Source: Camelus dromedarius (Eukaryota). From it: DNA of 64,000 nt. How positions within the stretch are numbered: the stretch's first letter is position 1; the number at the start of each line of letters is the position of its first letter. Of this stretch, positions 25,668 through 38,003 are shown piece after piece. The stretch spans positions 58,778,001-58,842,000 of the forward strand of contig NC_087437.1 in the NCBI RefSeq assembly GCF_036321535.1. Reading direction: 5' to 3'. The translations under genes and the position numbers were made by a program. The notes under the pieces were generated by a model. It did not search any database. It worked only from the letters and a program-made list of their open reading frames with translations, and was not told the DNA's origin.

Positions 25668-26398
25668 CATGTGTTTCTCCAGCTTGATCCCACATTAGAA
25701 TCACCTAGAAAACTTTAAGCCCACTGAGAAGTCTGAGCTCCACTGTAAACCAATGAAGTCAGAGTCCATGTTATTTTTAAAATAAACTTCTTAAATTAAT
25801 AGTAATACACATCAGAAAATTATACAGAAATCTTGGCCAGTTTTCACAAAGTGAATACCCATGTGTTACTACATGGAGGGGAAATAGCGCTACCAGCTAA
25901 AACCTCCCACACGTGCTTCAGCCCCTCCTCCCCAGGAGAGGAACACTTTTCTGATTTCCAACACTGTGTATTTGTTTTGACTATTCCTGACACTTGTAGA
26001 AACAGAACTGTAGAGTATGCATTCTTTGTATCTGAGTTCTCTGATTAAATCTTTTTTGTAAGAGTCACCTGTTGGTTGGATAGCTGTTATTAATTTTCAT
26101 TGCTGCATAGTGTTCCATTGTCTGGCTATCCACACAATGTACATCACTAGTCTACTCTTGATAAACCTGTGGATTATTTGCAGTTTTTAGCTCTTACGAG
26201 TAATGCTGCAACAAATTTTCTTGTGTATGTTTCTCGGCACACACACGCATATGTCTCTGGAGTGTATGTCTAGGAGTAGAAGTGCTCAGATACAGCCAGG
26301 TGTTCAGCTTCTGTGGATAACAGCAAACCATTTTAAAACTGGTGTTTTGCAAAATTTCCTCGGGTGATTCTAATGGGTGGCTGGGGTTGAGAACCCTG
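25668..26398. mobile_element. MER5-type element split by an old minus-strand L1 3' fragment (about 25775-26340)
   Basis: MER5 left half CACATTAGAATCACCTAG and right half GGTGATTCTAATG..GGGTTGAGAACCCTG flank L1-like TTTTCATTGCTGCATAGTGTTCCATTGT..AATGCTGCAACAAA. Confidence 0.7.
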
Positions 26399-27124
26399 CC
26401 GTAGCCTTACTAAGGGATGGCAAGACCGGTGCCACTGCCAATCATCACCCTTGAACCTCTCTCTCGTCAAAAGACTGGCGAGGGGGAAGGGTGCACCAAC
26501 GGCCTTGTCCCAGGGGACAGGCTTGTCCTTTTCTGTACTGTGGGGAGGGAAGGGGACTATATCCAACTCCAAGTCCAAGTGAGGTGGGGTCTCCACAAGC
26601 ATCTCTCTTAGAGACTGGGGTTCTTCAGGCGAGGGGAACGGACAGTGCAGTGTGAGCATAGAGACAGTGCCTGCTTCCTTTCTGGCCTTGCCAGACTGGC
26701 TGATACCGACAGGGTTTAGGAAGGACTGCGGAATCTGGGCCCGCAAAGAGAGAAACGGACACCTCCTCCAGTGTCCTGCGGCTTCTGCATGTGAGTCGCT
26801 GTGCTCCTGCTGGGCCCAGTGAGTAAGCACAGAGCAGAGAGAGGGCCGCAGCCACGGGGGCTGCCCAGTGACGGAGCCCCTCACAGACAGGAAGTAGGGG
26901 AGCGGTGGAAGCTGCCAGCTGGGCCCTGGTCTGAGGGGTGCTCTGTACCAGAAGGGACCAATGTGAGGCTGAAAATAACACACTCTTCCTGGAGAGATGG
27001 TCATGTTGGTGGAGGCCACCAGCAGCTCAAAGAACCAGAGAGGGGCCGGGGATACCTTCTTACTACTCACGAGACCAGAAAATGACCTCCACTTCCCTTG
27101 GCCCTCCTTCCCGTTCCAATTCAG

Positions 27125-27158
27125 AAAAAAAAAAAAAAGAGAGAGAGAGAGAGAGAGA
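27125..27158. repeat. Poly(A) followed by (AG)n
   Basis: A run directly followed by about 10 GA units. Confidence 0.9.
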
Positions 27159-27294
27159 CCCAGAACAGGAAGAGGAGGAGGGGAAGAACTGGTCTTGCCC
27201 CTTCCCTGCACAAATCCTTCCACAAGAGCCAGCACTGGGGGTGGGGGACACTGAACCAGATGTGGGATTGATGAGTTAAAGGAAGTTTGACTGA

Positions 27295-27385
27295 ATTTTT
27301 TTTTTAGATAAAATTCATCTGACATAAAATTCACCATTTTAAGCATTTTAAAGTGTACGATTCAGTGGTTTTTATTCCATTCACT
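27295..27385 (-). mobile_element. L1 extreme 3' end
   Basis: TTTTTTAGATAAAATTCA..CATAAAATTCACCATTTTAAG..AAAGTGTACGATTCAGTGGTTTTTA. Confidence 0.8.
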
Positions 27386-27524
27386 TGACTGAGATTTAAT
27401 TAACTGAAAATGATGACATCTGTCTAAGATGCCATTAAGGGCGAGGAGGAAAAGCAGGGATTTTTTCCTGGCTGATTAGAGGGGCATGAAGAACAATTGT
27501 GTGACAGTTCTATGAACTTTAATT

Positions 27525-28215
27525 AACACTGAGCATCTCCGTTCGTCTATCCCACAGACAACTCAAACTCATCGTGCCCCAGAGTGGGTGCGTCTCTCAC
27601 TCCTCCACTCACCCCGGGGGAGGAGGGGGAGACAACAGCAGCCCCTCCATGCCTTCTTCCATCAGCCAAGCCCAAATCCTGATCATCTCCCAGACTCATT
27701 CTCCCGCACCTCTTGATATTCACAAAGTCTCTACATTCTACCATCGAAATACCTCCCCTGTTCAACCTCTCCTCCTAGCCCTCTCTGCTGCAGCCTTTGC
27801 TGTGAGTGTGGCTGCCCCTCCCTGGACTATGGCTGCAGCCTCTTCCCTGGCTGTGCCCCCTCCACGGGGCCCTCCAGTTCTGCACAGGCTCTGCCCCAAG
27901 AGCCCTGCACACCGGGCATCCCCGTCACTCAGGCGTCCGCATCAGGGTCACGTCCGTGGCGAGACCTTGCCTGACCACCAGCTGCTTGCCAGGCACAAGC
28001 CCCCATAGTTTAATGTTTTTGCTCTACTTTCTTCATATTTTTTTGCACTGCTTGTCACTAATCTGCAGCAATCTTGCTGATTTACCTGTTCCCTGTCTTC
28101 TTCTCAACCTCTACTCTTCAACCCTGGAAAATAAGCTCTGTGAGGGCAGAGACCTCACCTGCCTCTTTCTCCACGGAGTTCCTCGCATCTAGAGCTGCGC
28201 TGCCCAGCACAATAG
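27525..28215 (+). mobile_element. L2 fragment
   Basis: CTCAAACTCATCGTGCCC, CAAGCCCAAATCCTGATCATC, ATAAGCTCTGTGAGGGCAGAGACC. Confidence 0.7.
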
Positions 28216-28239
28216 CCAAGTGTCTGTGCTGAGCTTTAG

Positions 28240-28722
28240 CACAGCAGCTAGTCCAAGTTGAGATGTGCTATTAGGAGTGTCAAATACACACCAATTTCAA
28301 AACTTACGATAAAATAAAGTAAAATATCTCAACTTTTTTTTTATTATTTATTAGTTGGTTTACAATGTTAGTTTCAAGTGTACAGCAAAGTGATTCAGTT
28401 ATACATCTACATACATATATATATATTTATTTTCAGATTCTTTTCCATTATAGGTTATTACAAGAAATTGAATGTAGTTCCCTGTGCTGTACAGTAGGTC
28501 CTTGTTGGTTATCTATTTTATATATAGTAACGTGTATCTGTTAATTCAACATTTTTAATATTGATTACCTGTTGAAATGAAAATACTTTGGAACTACTGG
28601 ATTAAATAAAATATATTATTATAAAATTAATTCCACTTGTTACTCTTTCTTATTTTAAATATGGCTACTGGGAAATTTAAAGTGACATGTGGCTCACATT
28701 ACATTTCTGTTGGACATCACTG
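28240..28722. mobile_element. MER33/MER3-like hAT element interrupted by a young minus-strand L1 3' end (about 28339-28545)
   Basis: GCTAGTCCAAGTTGAGATGTGCT..TGGCTACTGGGAAATTTAAA..TGTGGCTCACATT..TTGGACATCACTG; L1 insert TACAGCAAAGTGATTCAGTTATAC..TCCCTGTGCTGTACAGTAGGTCC. Confidence 0.85.
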
Positions 28723-29284
28723 CTGTACACCGTTACTGGCTCAGTGAACAAGTAGATCCTAACTGAACATCTGTTGAAGGAAAGAAGGTAGCCAAAGGGG
28801 TCTTTCTAAGAGCAAATCTCATCAGCAACCTACCTGCTAAAAGCCCTTTACTGGTCCCCCATTTTCGGCTAGACCAAATTCCTGTTTTATGACCCAGTAT
28901 GTGAGGCTGTCACCATCAGGTCCTGCCTCTTCCACTGGGTTTATTACCTGCTCTTCCTCAACAAGGAGATACTGTCTCTTTGCACATGGGTCTCCCTTTG
29001 TTGTGCCCACTCCTCCACTGTGTCTGCCAGTGAGCTCTTAGGCAGTTTTCAAGATGCAAATTCAATGTCATCCTTTCAGAAAATCCTTCCCTGCTCTGTC
29101 GGCAGAATCACCTCATCCCCTGGCAGAGGGGCCAGTCCACTGTGAGGGTCCTTGTTCCTGTGTATTGAATCCCAGCAGGTCACTGCCTCAGGTGGATCCC
29201 ACGGTAGATCAGGGCTCCCCAAGGCTGAGCCAGGCCATGTCCTTTTCTTCATTTATTCTGCAAACCTGGTATAGTCTGCAGGGT

Positions 29285-29700
29285 GACTGGGCTCAGCTGC
29301 TGTGTGGTTCCCACTGGGGTCTGGAATGACAGTCAGATGGAGGCCGGGACTGGGATCCTCTGAACACTCGACTGGGCTGGGTGTCCAAGATGGCTTCTGC
29401 ACTCACATGTTTGGTGCCTCAAATGGGGTGGCGGAAAGACCTGGGCCTGGCTAGGCAGACCCCTCCGTGTGGCTAGTTTAGGAGTCCTCACAGCATGACT
29501 ATTTCAGGATAGCCGGACTTCCTACATGCAGTGGCTTTCCTCACAGCGAGCGTTCCCAGAGACCCAGGGCACTACTGCAAGACTTCCAATGACCTGCCTC
29601 GGAAGTCAAGAAGCATCAGTCATTTCTACTTGCACACGATTGCCCCAAAGTGAGTCACGGGGAATTCAAGAAGAGGGGACTTCTCAAGGATGTGGATGTG
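29285..29700 (-). mobile_element. Old MaLR LTR (MLT1G/H-like)
   Basis: CTCGACTGGGCTGGGTGTCCAAGATGGCTTC..CTCACATG..CCTCACAGCATG..GGACTTCCTACATG. Confidence 0.75.
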
Positions 29701-30059
29701 GGAGGGGGAAGTTTATTTGCAGGCACCTTTGGGGACGAAAGTCTAATCTGAAACTTGAACCAGGAAAGACAAGTGAAACTCAGATACCTTAAGTGTCTCT
29801 GGGAACAACACAGGGCAAAAATAAATACTTAATGTAAATACTTTGTAATGTAATATAAAGTACTTTCAGTAGGGCTCTGGGCCTCAGCTGTGTGTCATAC
29901 TCTACACCACACAGTCATCAGGGTAAACCTAGAACACCCTGGGACAAACTAACACTTGTGAGTCTCTACAAAAGACATGGCGCAAGAGTTTCAGAGGGTG
30001 GCCGGAGTCACCTGGAGAAGTCTACCGGGAACAGATGCTTGATGGTGGGGCAGCACTTA

Positions 30060-30440
30060 ACAGCGCACAGTATAAGAATGTTCAACACTGTTGCTTATAG
30101 TGACAAACAATCAGGAAAGAACCTTGATAGTCAGTGTAACCGCCCGGTAGACGATTGTGCAAGCATTAAACACGGTGCAATGGATTTTAATGGCAAAATG
30201 TAGAACAAACTGTTAGGTGAGAAAGGAATCAATATGCAAAACTTCGCATAAATATTATCCCAATTAGGTTAGAATATGTACATGTGTAGCCAAAAGACTG
30301 GAAAGGTATATAGCAAAATTTCAACAGTTAAGCAGAATCTTGGGAAATGTTTCAAAGTTTTCTTCCTTATGCCTTTTATGCTCTGCAAGTTACACACAGT
30401 GAGCACATGCTACATATATAATCAGAAAATAAAATTAAGA
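30060..30440 (+). mobile_element. Old L1ME-like 3' fragment
   Basis: ATAAGAATGTTCAACACTGTTGCTTATAGTGACAAA; AAAAGACTGGAAAGGTATATAGCAAAAT. Confidence 0.65.
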
Positions 30441-31359
30441 GTGAGATGAGACTCCACTGGGAAGTTGGGGCTGCATCATGGCCCTGTGGCCCCCCAAGAG
30501 CCTTTCATCCCAGGGCTTCTAGGGACCCTGAGGCCTTATCAGCTATTGCCTTACACCAACATTGTATGGTCTCACATGAGTTTCTTAACATCCTAGACTT
30601 TGGTTACCTACTCTATAAAATTAAGGGGTTGGACCATAAGATTAAATCTGTGGAACTTCAGAATTTACAATCACTTTCCTGTCTGCTATTCGATTCTCAC
30701 AATAGCTGGATGTTAGAAGCAAATCCAGTCTTATCATCACCATTTGACCTATAAGAAAACAGAGGCTCAGCAAGGTAAGGTCACTAGGCCAGGGTCACAC
30801 AGATGGTAAGTAGGGGTCAGGATTCGGAACCAGGTCTTCAGGCTTTATATCTGGGACCCTAGATACCAAGTCAGGGCTCCTTTTCTATATGAGCTGTAAA
30901 CTCATCCAGCGATACAATTTCAGCCGAACTTTCCACCTTCTGAGGCCACACAGGAAACAACTAATCGCTCTTCTTCATTTCCAGATTCCAAGGATCTTCA
31001 AGGCAGCTCTGATGTCTCCTCCGAGTCACACACATCTTCACTTCCCTCTGCTCTTCCTCAAGTGGCATTGTCTGGGGACCATGCACCATTTCAGAATCTG
31101 AAAAATTTCAGAACTGGAAAAGATCTTTAAAGGTCATCTAGCCTGAGTGGCTGTTGTCAGCCTTCTGCAGACAGCTTCTCCCCTGAAAGCTGTGACCCTC
31201 CACAATGCTCCCTAGGGGGTCTGGGGCCGGGACAGGCCAATAAAGGCGCCCTTTCCCCCACTGAGCCACCCAACACCTGCCAGGTTACCTTGATTCAAAG
31301 AGGGAGTGTGGAGGCTGCAAGGCAGAGTGACTCAGCCTTTTAACAGGGACACGGCACAC

Positions 31360-31405
31360 AATGGAAAGATCGGAGAGTTCCAAATGGAAAGATCGGAGAG
31401 TTCCA
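31360..31405. repeat. Perfect 23-bp tandem duplication
   Basis: AATGGAAAGATCGGAGAGTTCCA at 31360-31382 and again at 31383-31405. Confidence 0.97.
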
Positions 31406-33285
31406 AAGGGAAAGAAAACCAGAAAGGCCAAGACGACTCCCACACAGAGAGCCAGTTTAGAACAAATCCCGAGGGCCAAAGAAGAAACCCAGGGGGAGGG
31501 GGAGAAAAAAAAATCGCTCTCCTGAGAGAGCTCTATTGTATGTGCTATGTGCTCTGGGTCAAAAGAGGCTCACTGTGTGAAGGGGCTCCCCCACCTGCTG
31601 GGACTCTCCAGAATGAGTTCTTTTTCTTCTGTCCGGGTTCAGCAAACTTCCTGCTTCCTCCATCCCAGGGCGGCTAGCCCCCCGGCACCGGTCAGCGAGG
31701 GCGCTGGGGCTTGGCAGCCGCGGTGGCAGCTTGCCGGGCACTGGCACAAAGTTACTGAGTAAATACCGCAGCTTTGATAATTTCTTGCTTCACTGGTCTC
31801 TTGGGATTCTTTCCATCCGCATTAAGAACAAGAAGTTGCACTTCCCTCTGCCCACAAATTCAGATGCTTTTATTTTGTGGAGGACTTGATGGAAACGGAT
31901 GCCTATTTCTCATACCAGATCGTGGAATAATCTATTTTAAACAGGTGGCAGGCAAAATTTTTAAAAAAGGAAAGTTTTCCCCCTCCTCCAGCTTCAATGA
32001 AAGCTTTGTTCATATAGACATTTAAAAAGCAAAACTTTCTTCCAGTTGAAATGGAAACATTAATCATAAACATTATATGAACCATAAATATAAGGCATTA
32101 AATATAAAACATGAAATGTTGGAATCTCTTTTGACCAAAACAGCTTATACACGTGAAAAACTATTAGGCATAAAATTTCTACAATTATTTTCCCCTCCTA
32201 ATAACATTCTTTTGTGTGAATAAATGTTCCTTCACTACATCTGGTTTCAGGGTGATCATAGAGCCTCCAAGCTCATATGCCTTTGTCTCTGGGATTCCAT
32301 GAAATTGTTTCATCAATTCTCATTAAATGTCTGTATCAGAGGACTGTAAACCTCAAAACTCAGAAGTTATTCTACTCGCCCCTTTCGATGACAGAGTCCC
32401 TCTAAATCTGTCTGGAATCAGCTGTGTGCCAGGCTGGTGCATGCTAAGAATCTGGATGTCATTCTCATTTAATTCTCACAACAGCCAAAGGAGAGATGTG
32501 TAATCTCCATTTTCAAATGATGAAACCAAGTTAAGAGAGGCCAAGAAATGTGTCCAAGGTCACAAAGTTCGTTTATAAGAGAGCAGGACAGGAAGTCTCC
32601 TGAGTCCTCCTCTTGGAGAGGGTCATCCAGCCACTGTTCAAACCCCTCACTGGTCAGAATTATTCGTTTGGGGCTGTTTCTGTTGTTTTTGAGACTTCTT
32701 CCTTGTTCTGAGTGAAGTCTGTCTCTTTGTAACATCCAACCATAAGGATGATTTCATACTTCGGGCAGAGCCGGAACCAACCAGATCCGTCCCGAGGATG
32801 TTCCCTAGAGGGCATCCTAGGAGGTATGAACTGGGGAGTGCTTACCAGGAAGTATTATTTCCAAGCTCCGGGTCAGTAGAGGTTGAAGGTGGTGGCACAC
32901 CAAGCCCATAGGACATGGAACTCTAGGTTTCCAGAAATATTAGTGTTGATTAGTACAGGAAGGGAAGCAGAAAATAGATCACAATCCCCACCCGACACTT
33001 GTTCATAGAAAGACAGTCAACTCGGGAGGGAGACATGCGCTCTGATTAGATATGAGGTCAAGATCCCACCTTGCCTTTGTCTGCAAGCCATTTCCTGGTT
33101 CTTGGATGGCAGTGACCTGGAAATACAGACCACAGAGGTCATGATTCTAGAAAGACCGCAGGGAGGCCTTGCCAAGCTCCCCAGACGCATGTGCACTCTT
33201 CCTGCACTGTCCTCTGTACGCATCTCTACCACATGCCCTCACCCTGAGCTGTCTGCCTTAGTCTCTCACTGTGACCCTGCGGTGC

Positions 33286-33500
33286 AGGGGTAGCAAACTA
33301 TGGCGCACAGGCAAAATCTGTCCCACCTCCTGTCTTTGTATCTAAAACTTTGTTGAAACACAGTCACATCCGTTCATTTTTGTATTCTAAGGCCACTCTT
33401 CTCTATAACTGTAGAGTTGAGTAGTTGTAACAGAGACCACATGGACCACAAAGCCAAAAATATTTACTGTCTGTCTCTTTACAGAGTTTGCTGACCTCTG
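33286..33500. mobile_element. MER58A-like hAT MITE
   Basis: CAGGGGTAGCAAACTATGG..GTAGAGTTGAGTAGTTGTAACAGAGACC..AAAATATTTACT..AGTTTGCTGACCTCTG; the two ends are imperfect terminal inverted repeats. Confidence 0.9.
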
Positions 33501-34039
33501 TTCAAGAGAGCAAGGACAGGGTCTTGTTCATCTCCGCATCCCCAAAGCCGTGATGGCCCAGAGATGTAGTGAAATATACAGGAGATATCGTGCTGGGAGC
33601 AACATGTGTAAAATGCCTCGCACAGTGCCTGGCACAGAACAGATGCTCAATAGGTATTTAGTGAATAAGTAAATGAAGTGGAAGGTCAGTTCACCCAAAA
33701 TGAAATGATAAATGTGAAACCACTTCACAAGCCATCAAATGCTCTCTTAGAGCGGGGTGGGTTATCATCATTGTTAAATTCAGAAATGTCTGGAGCAAAG
33801 CCTGCCCTTCCCTCTGGCTTTCCAGACCCTGATTTTATGAGTAAAAGCTTACAGTCTTCATTTAGGCTGATTCATATCCCAATTTTTCTGTGGCTTCTCT
33901 CCCCGAATCCCTCTTGACATCTGTCTCTAGATATCGATCCTTAGGTTAGAGCTTGAGCTCCTTCAATAAGTGCTACACAGTATTGTAGACCTGGGGTAGT
34001 TTTATACCGGACCAGCCTTGCAAAGATCCAACATTTCCC

Positions 34040-34587
34040 AGATCTCCGTTCTGTGTAAGGCCCTCTTCCCAGCTGGCCACAGAGCAATTGGCATGAGGTT
34101 TGGAAGGCCGAGTGAGGGAACAATCATTTCAGTTGAAGGTCTGTGCGGGACCCCAGGTGCCACTACAGCTCACGCTCATGTGTTGTCGCTGACCTTGGCA
34201 TGGGGAAGGAGCCCACTCTGCAGCCTGTCCAGCTCCCGCTGAGTCCTGCGTCACGCATGCGTGTAGCTCCACGGCAGATGGTGCAAGCTTCTTTTGTACA
34301 TTGTCCAGGTCAGATGTGGTAAGAGACAGGCATGGGGCCTGAATTGTCCTCGCTCCCTCCCACTTCAGACTGGCTAACCCTGTGGCAACTTCACAACCAC
34401 CAGGAGACACAGAGCAAGAGTCTCCCCTAGAATTCCTCACCAGTTGTCTTGGTTAGTAACTTTTCTCTTCTGGACCTTTACCTCCTTGGCGTCTCTCACA
34501 ATTGGGTCACTTCTAATCCCTATAAGAAATCCTTAATTTTGTGTCATCGAGAGCAGCTCTGCTTCTCTGATCGAACCATGAACAAGA
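34040..34587 (+). mobile_element. 5' LTR of a decayed ERV-L provirus (LTR41/LTR33-like)
   Basis: Ends GCTCTGCTTCTCTGATCGAACCATGA, resembling ERVL LTR 3' ends; lies directly upstream of ERVL internal sequence; similar to 37810-38003. Confidence 0.6.
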
Positions 34588-37500
34588 GAATCTCAAGAAT
34601 GGGGTCTCTGAATTGGTTCTGGAACTGATTTCTGGAATGGGTTTTCTGGTCTGATCGTATTTAAACACATTAACGATCCTGAAGCCAGTGATAAAGAGGA
34701 CACTGGTGGTTCATGGTAGGCGGTGGCCAAACACTACCTAAATTATCACCTGTAACACCTGTAATTAAGTACCTCAAGGAGGCAAGGCTTTGGATGACCA
34801 AATATTTGCTGTCCTAGAACATTTTGGTGAAAACAAGGGGGAGAGAAGGATTGCTGGGTAGTTTCTAAGTGTGTTAGAGAACTTGGAGGAAGAAAATTAT
34901 GACCTTAGGGCTTCAAGTCCCTGACTCAAGGTCTGGCTAAGGAAAACCTATACCTCCTATGTCTATAGAGCCAAGACTTCTCAAAATCAAACCCAGAGTC
35001 TAATCTTGGGGCAAACGATGCAAACTGAAATTACGACCTCACAGGGTCTCTTATATTAAAGTTAGGACATTGATTAGGAAGAATGGGACCTTGAACACTG
35101 GGAAAGAGACATACGGGCAGATTCAGATGAGGCTGGGGGAGCTTAACGTCTGAATGTTGCGGACTCCTTTGCTAGAAGTAGCAACACTTCCTTCCTAACC
35201 GAAGAGCTCAGTCTTCCTTTTTCTGAAGGGTCTTTCACTGGACCTGGGCCAGAACCAAGGACCTAAGGTCCTTGCAGGAAACTGCTGATCCTCCTTAGGA
35301 TCTGTCCCCTCCGCCGCTCTTTGCTTCCAGACTGGACTCAAGTTCCAGCAGCCGTGGGGGTTACAGATTAAAGTGTGATCCATGTGAAAATGTCATCTAC
35401 AGCAAAAGAATTGCCAAGTTTTTCCAATTTATAGTCACAGAAACCTGAGGAACATGTTTAGAAAGGGATCTTCCAAATGTTGAATCAGGGTGGAAGGAAC
35501 CTAGTACCAAATGAGGCCAAATATGTCAATAGAGGGGCAAAGAGCAGAGATTCTGAATTCAGTGTGTTACTTCAAGTAACTTAGAGTGGCTCTAATAGTT
35601 GGCTTTGTTCATTGAACTAAACCCTAGACACAATAGCGACTTACACCTAGTACAACTGAAATACTAGAACTTTCTTGATATAATGTAGCAGGAGGTAGCC
35701 AATGGCTTAAGGAAATCAGAAATCCGGAGTAGATTTATTACATGAGACTTGCTTACTCACCTTCTAATTATGTCACCAGGGGTGTCCAAGGCCTTGTAAC
35801 ATGGTATGCATACTACAGGAGGGAGGTCCCAGTATCTTTGAAAAACCTGTAGTAGCTAATAACTGTAGACCAGGAATGACCTTGGTGCAGCTGCTATGGA
35901 CATGGGCCCCACAAATTCATGGAGTCGATAGGATGCCCAGATGGCAGAAACCAAGTGTAAGAAACTTAATCCCCAGGGACGAGGTGTTATCATAATGGAC
36001 AGCAGAGCCAAAGCGTTAATTAGAATGGTTTGACCTGCGGAGAGCTCTTTGGCTTTGGCTAATTGATCAGAGTGTCTGGAAAACTGGAATTGATGAGTGG
36101 CCTACTCAAGTCTTATTTGACTTGAATACATTGAAAAACTCTAGGTCTGCTGAATAGAGGTGACTTGATTGCAGTAGGAAATCATAGCCCCCTCAGTCAA
36201 TTCCCAGACTCAGTCTCATAACCATTTGAATGAAAGAGAGGATGGATCCTCTAAGGAGGAAACTATTACTCAGCTCAAAATTTATACAGTAAATCTTTTT
36301 TCTAGGTTTTCCCAGAGGTACCTGAGGACATTTATCAGTGAGGCTTCATACTGGTGAGAGGAAAATCACCACATCTTTCAGGAATTACTGGGCATTGGCT
36401 CTGAACTGGCACCAATTTCAAGAGACTGAAAAGGCCTCTATGGTCCACAGTCAGAATAGGGGCTTAAGGAGGTGAGGTGATCAGTGGAGTTTTGGCCTGG
36501 GTTCGTCTCGCAGTGGGCTCAGCGTGTCTCCGAATACCCTGTACTTATTTCCCTATTCCAGAACTGTTCGTTTTAGGAATAGACATACTTAGCAACAAGG
36601 AGACTCACCACATTGCTTTCCTTATCCATGGAGTAAGGGCCATTTCTGGTGGGAAAGGTCAAGTGGAAGCCAGTAGAATCACTTCTACTTGCAAAAGGTT
36701 AAAGTAAAGAAGACCACATTCTTGAAGGTAAGGCAGACATTGGTGTCACCATCGTGGGCATGAAAGATGCAGAGGTCCCACCACCTCCCCAGCCAACTAG
36801 CTTATTTGGCCTGATAAACTGATCTAGGAGAATAACAATGGATTATCATTAACTTAATTTGAGGGTAACTCCCATTGAAACTCCTTTTCCAGGTGTGGTT
36901 CTTCTGCTGAAGACTGTCAACACTTGATTGATTTGGCAAATGCTTTTATGTCTATTTCTCTTAAGAAAGACCACCAGGAGCAGTTCGCTTTCAGCCAGCA
37001 GGGCTGGCAATATACCTTCACTGTGCTGCCTAAGGGCTATATTAACTCCTCAGTCGACTGTCAATAACCAACCCCAGGGACCCTGACAGCCTCTTGGTTC
37101 CACAGGAAATCATCTGTATGCTGATCTCCAATCTACTATGCTGATTGGTCCTGGTGGGCAGGAGATGACAGCTCCTCTGAATACCTTGGTATGAAAAATG
37201 TAAGTGGATGGAGGAAAATGAAACTCACAAAACATCAGGGGTCAGCTATCTTGGTGACATTCCAAAGAGTCCAATGATGAGGGCATGTTGAGATGTTTTG
37301 TCCAATGGGAAAGAGAAATCGAAGCAGCTGGCCTCTCTTACCCCTGAGGAAGTGGCAGAATGCCCAGTGAGCCTCTGGATTTTGGAGGCAACTATATACT
37401 TCATGTGGTCATTTTACTTTAACTCATTTATTGAGTAATTGGAAAGCCTACCACTTTTGAGTGGGGTCCAGAAACTAAGAAGACTTTGCAACAGATCCAG

Positions 37501-37800
37501 CTTGCTGAGCAAGCTGCTCTACCATCTGAATGCAATATAAGAGTCGGCAGGTCCGTTTGTGCTAGAAGTGTCTTGCGGCAGCTTAGGAAGCTTTATGGAA
37601 CCCTTAGCAGGTCCCTATGAATAAGTCATAGGACAGATCTTCAGGATTTGAGTGCAAAACTATGCCATGCTCTGCAGGTAATTACTCTCCCTTTGGGGAA
37701 ATTCTCTAGCTTGCTATTGGACATAATGAAGACTAAGTGTATTCCATGGGCTGGCAAATTCCCATGAGATCCGAGCTGACCATTATGAATTGAGTTTTGT
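34588..37800 (+). mobile_element. ERV-L (class III) internal region: decayed gag, protease and RT
   Basis: Protease remnant QELLGIGSELAPISRD* from 36379 (catalytic DTG changed to GIG) and ISGVLAWVRLAVG..LGIDILSN..GVRAI (ORF 36477-36707); RT remnant IDLANAFMSISLKKDHQEQFAFSQQGWQYTFTVLPKGYINS at 36927-37067; many stops and frameshifts. Confidence 0.92.
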
Positions 37801-37809
37801 CTTTGTGAG

Positions 37810-38003
37810 TTCCAGTTTGACCCTGCTCTCTTCTGCTTTATGTCCAGTACTTTTTCCCAACTGCATTTCCAACTGACCTATAGTAACCTCAGGCCACCAT
37901 CAAATGCAGAGCTTTCTGTAGACTCCTGGATCAGTACTACTTTGTGGTCCCTGGTAGGTGACTTGGTGGTTCTGCATTCCTTATCAAACCCAGACTGGTA
38001 AAA
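37810..38003 (+). mobile_element. Partial 3' LTR of the ERV-L provirus
   Basis: CTGACCTATAGTAACCTCAGGCCACCATCAAATGCAGAGC and GGTTCTGCATTCCTTATCAAACCCAGACTG resemble the 34370-34415 and 34555-34585 segments of the upstream LTR. Confidence 0.55.

Noticed and set aside
26333..27346. Longest ORF, 337 aa on the minus strand
   Set aside because: It starts inside an L1 3' end, runs through a poly(T)/(CT)n tract (LSLSLSLFFFF) and ends in a MER5 remnant; there is no recognisable domain.
36477..37067. ERV-L protease/RT open stretches as a possible domesticated gene
   Set aside because: Short, interrupted by stops and frameshifts, catalytic DTG mutated, and no intact YxDD motif.
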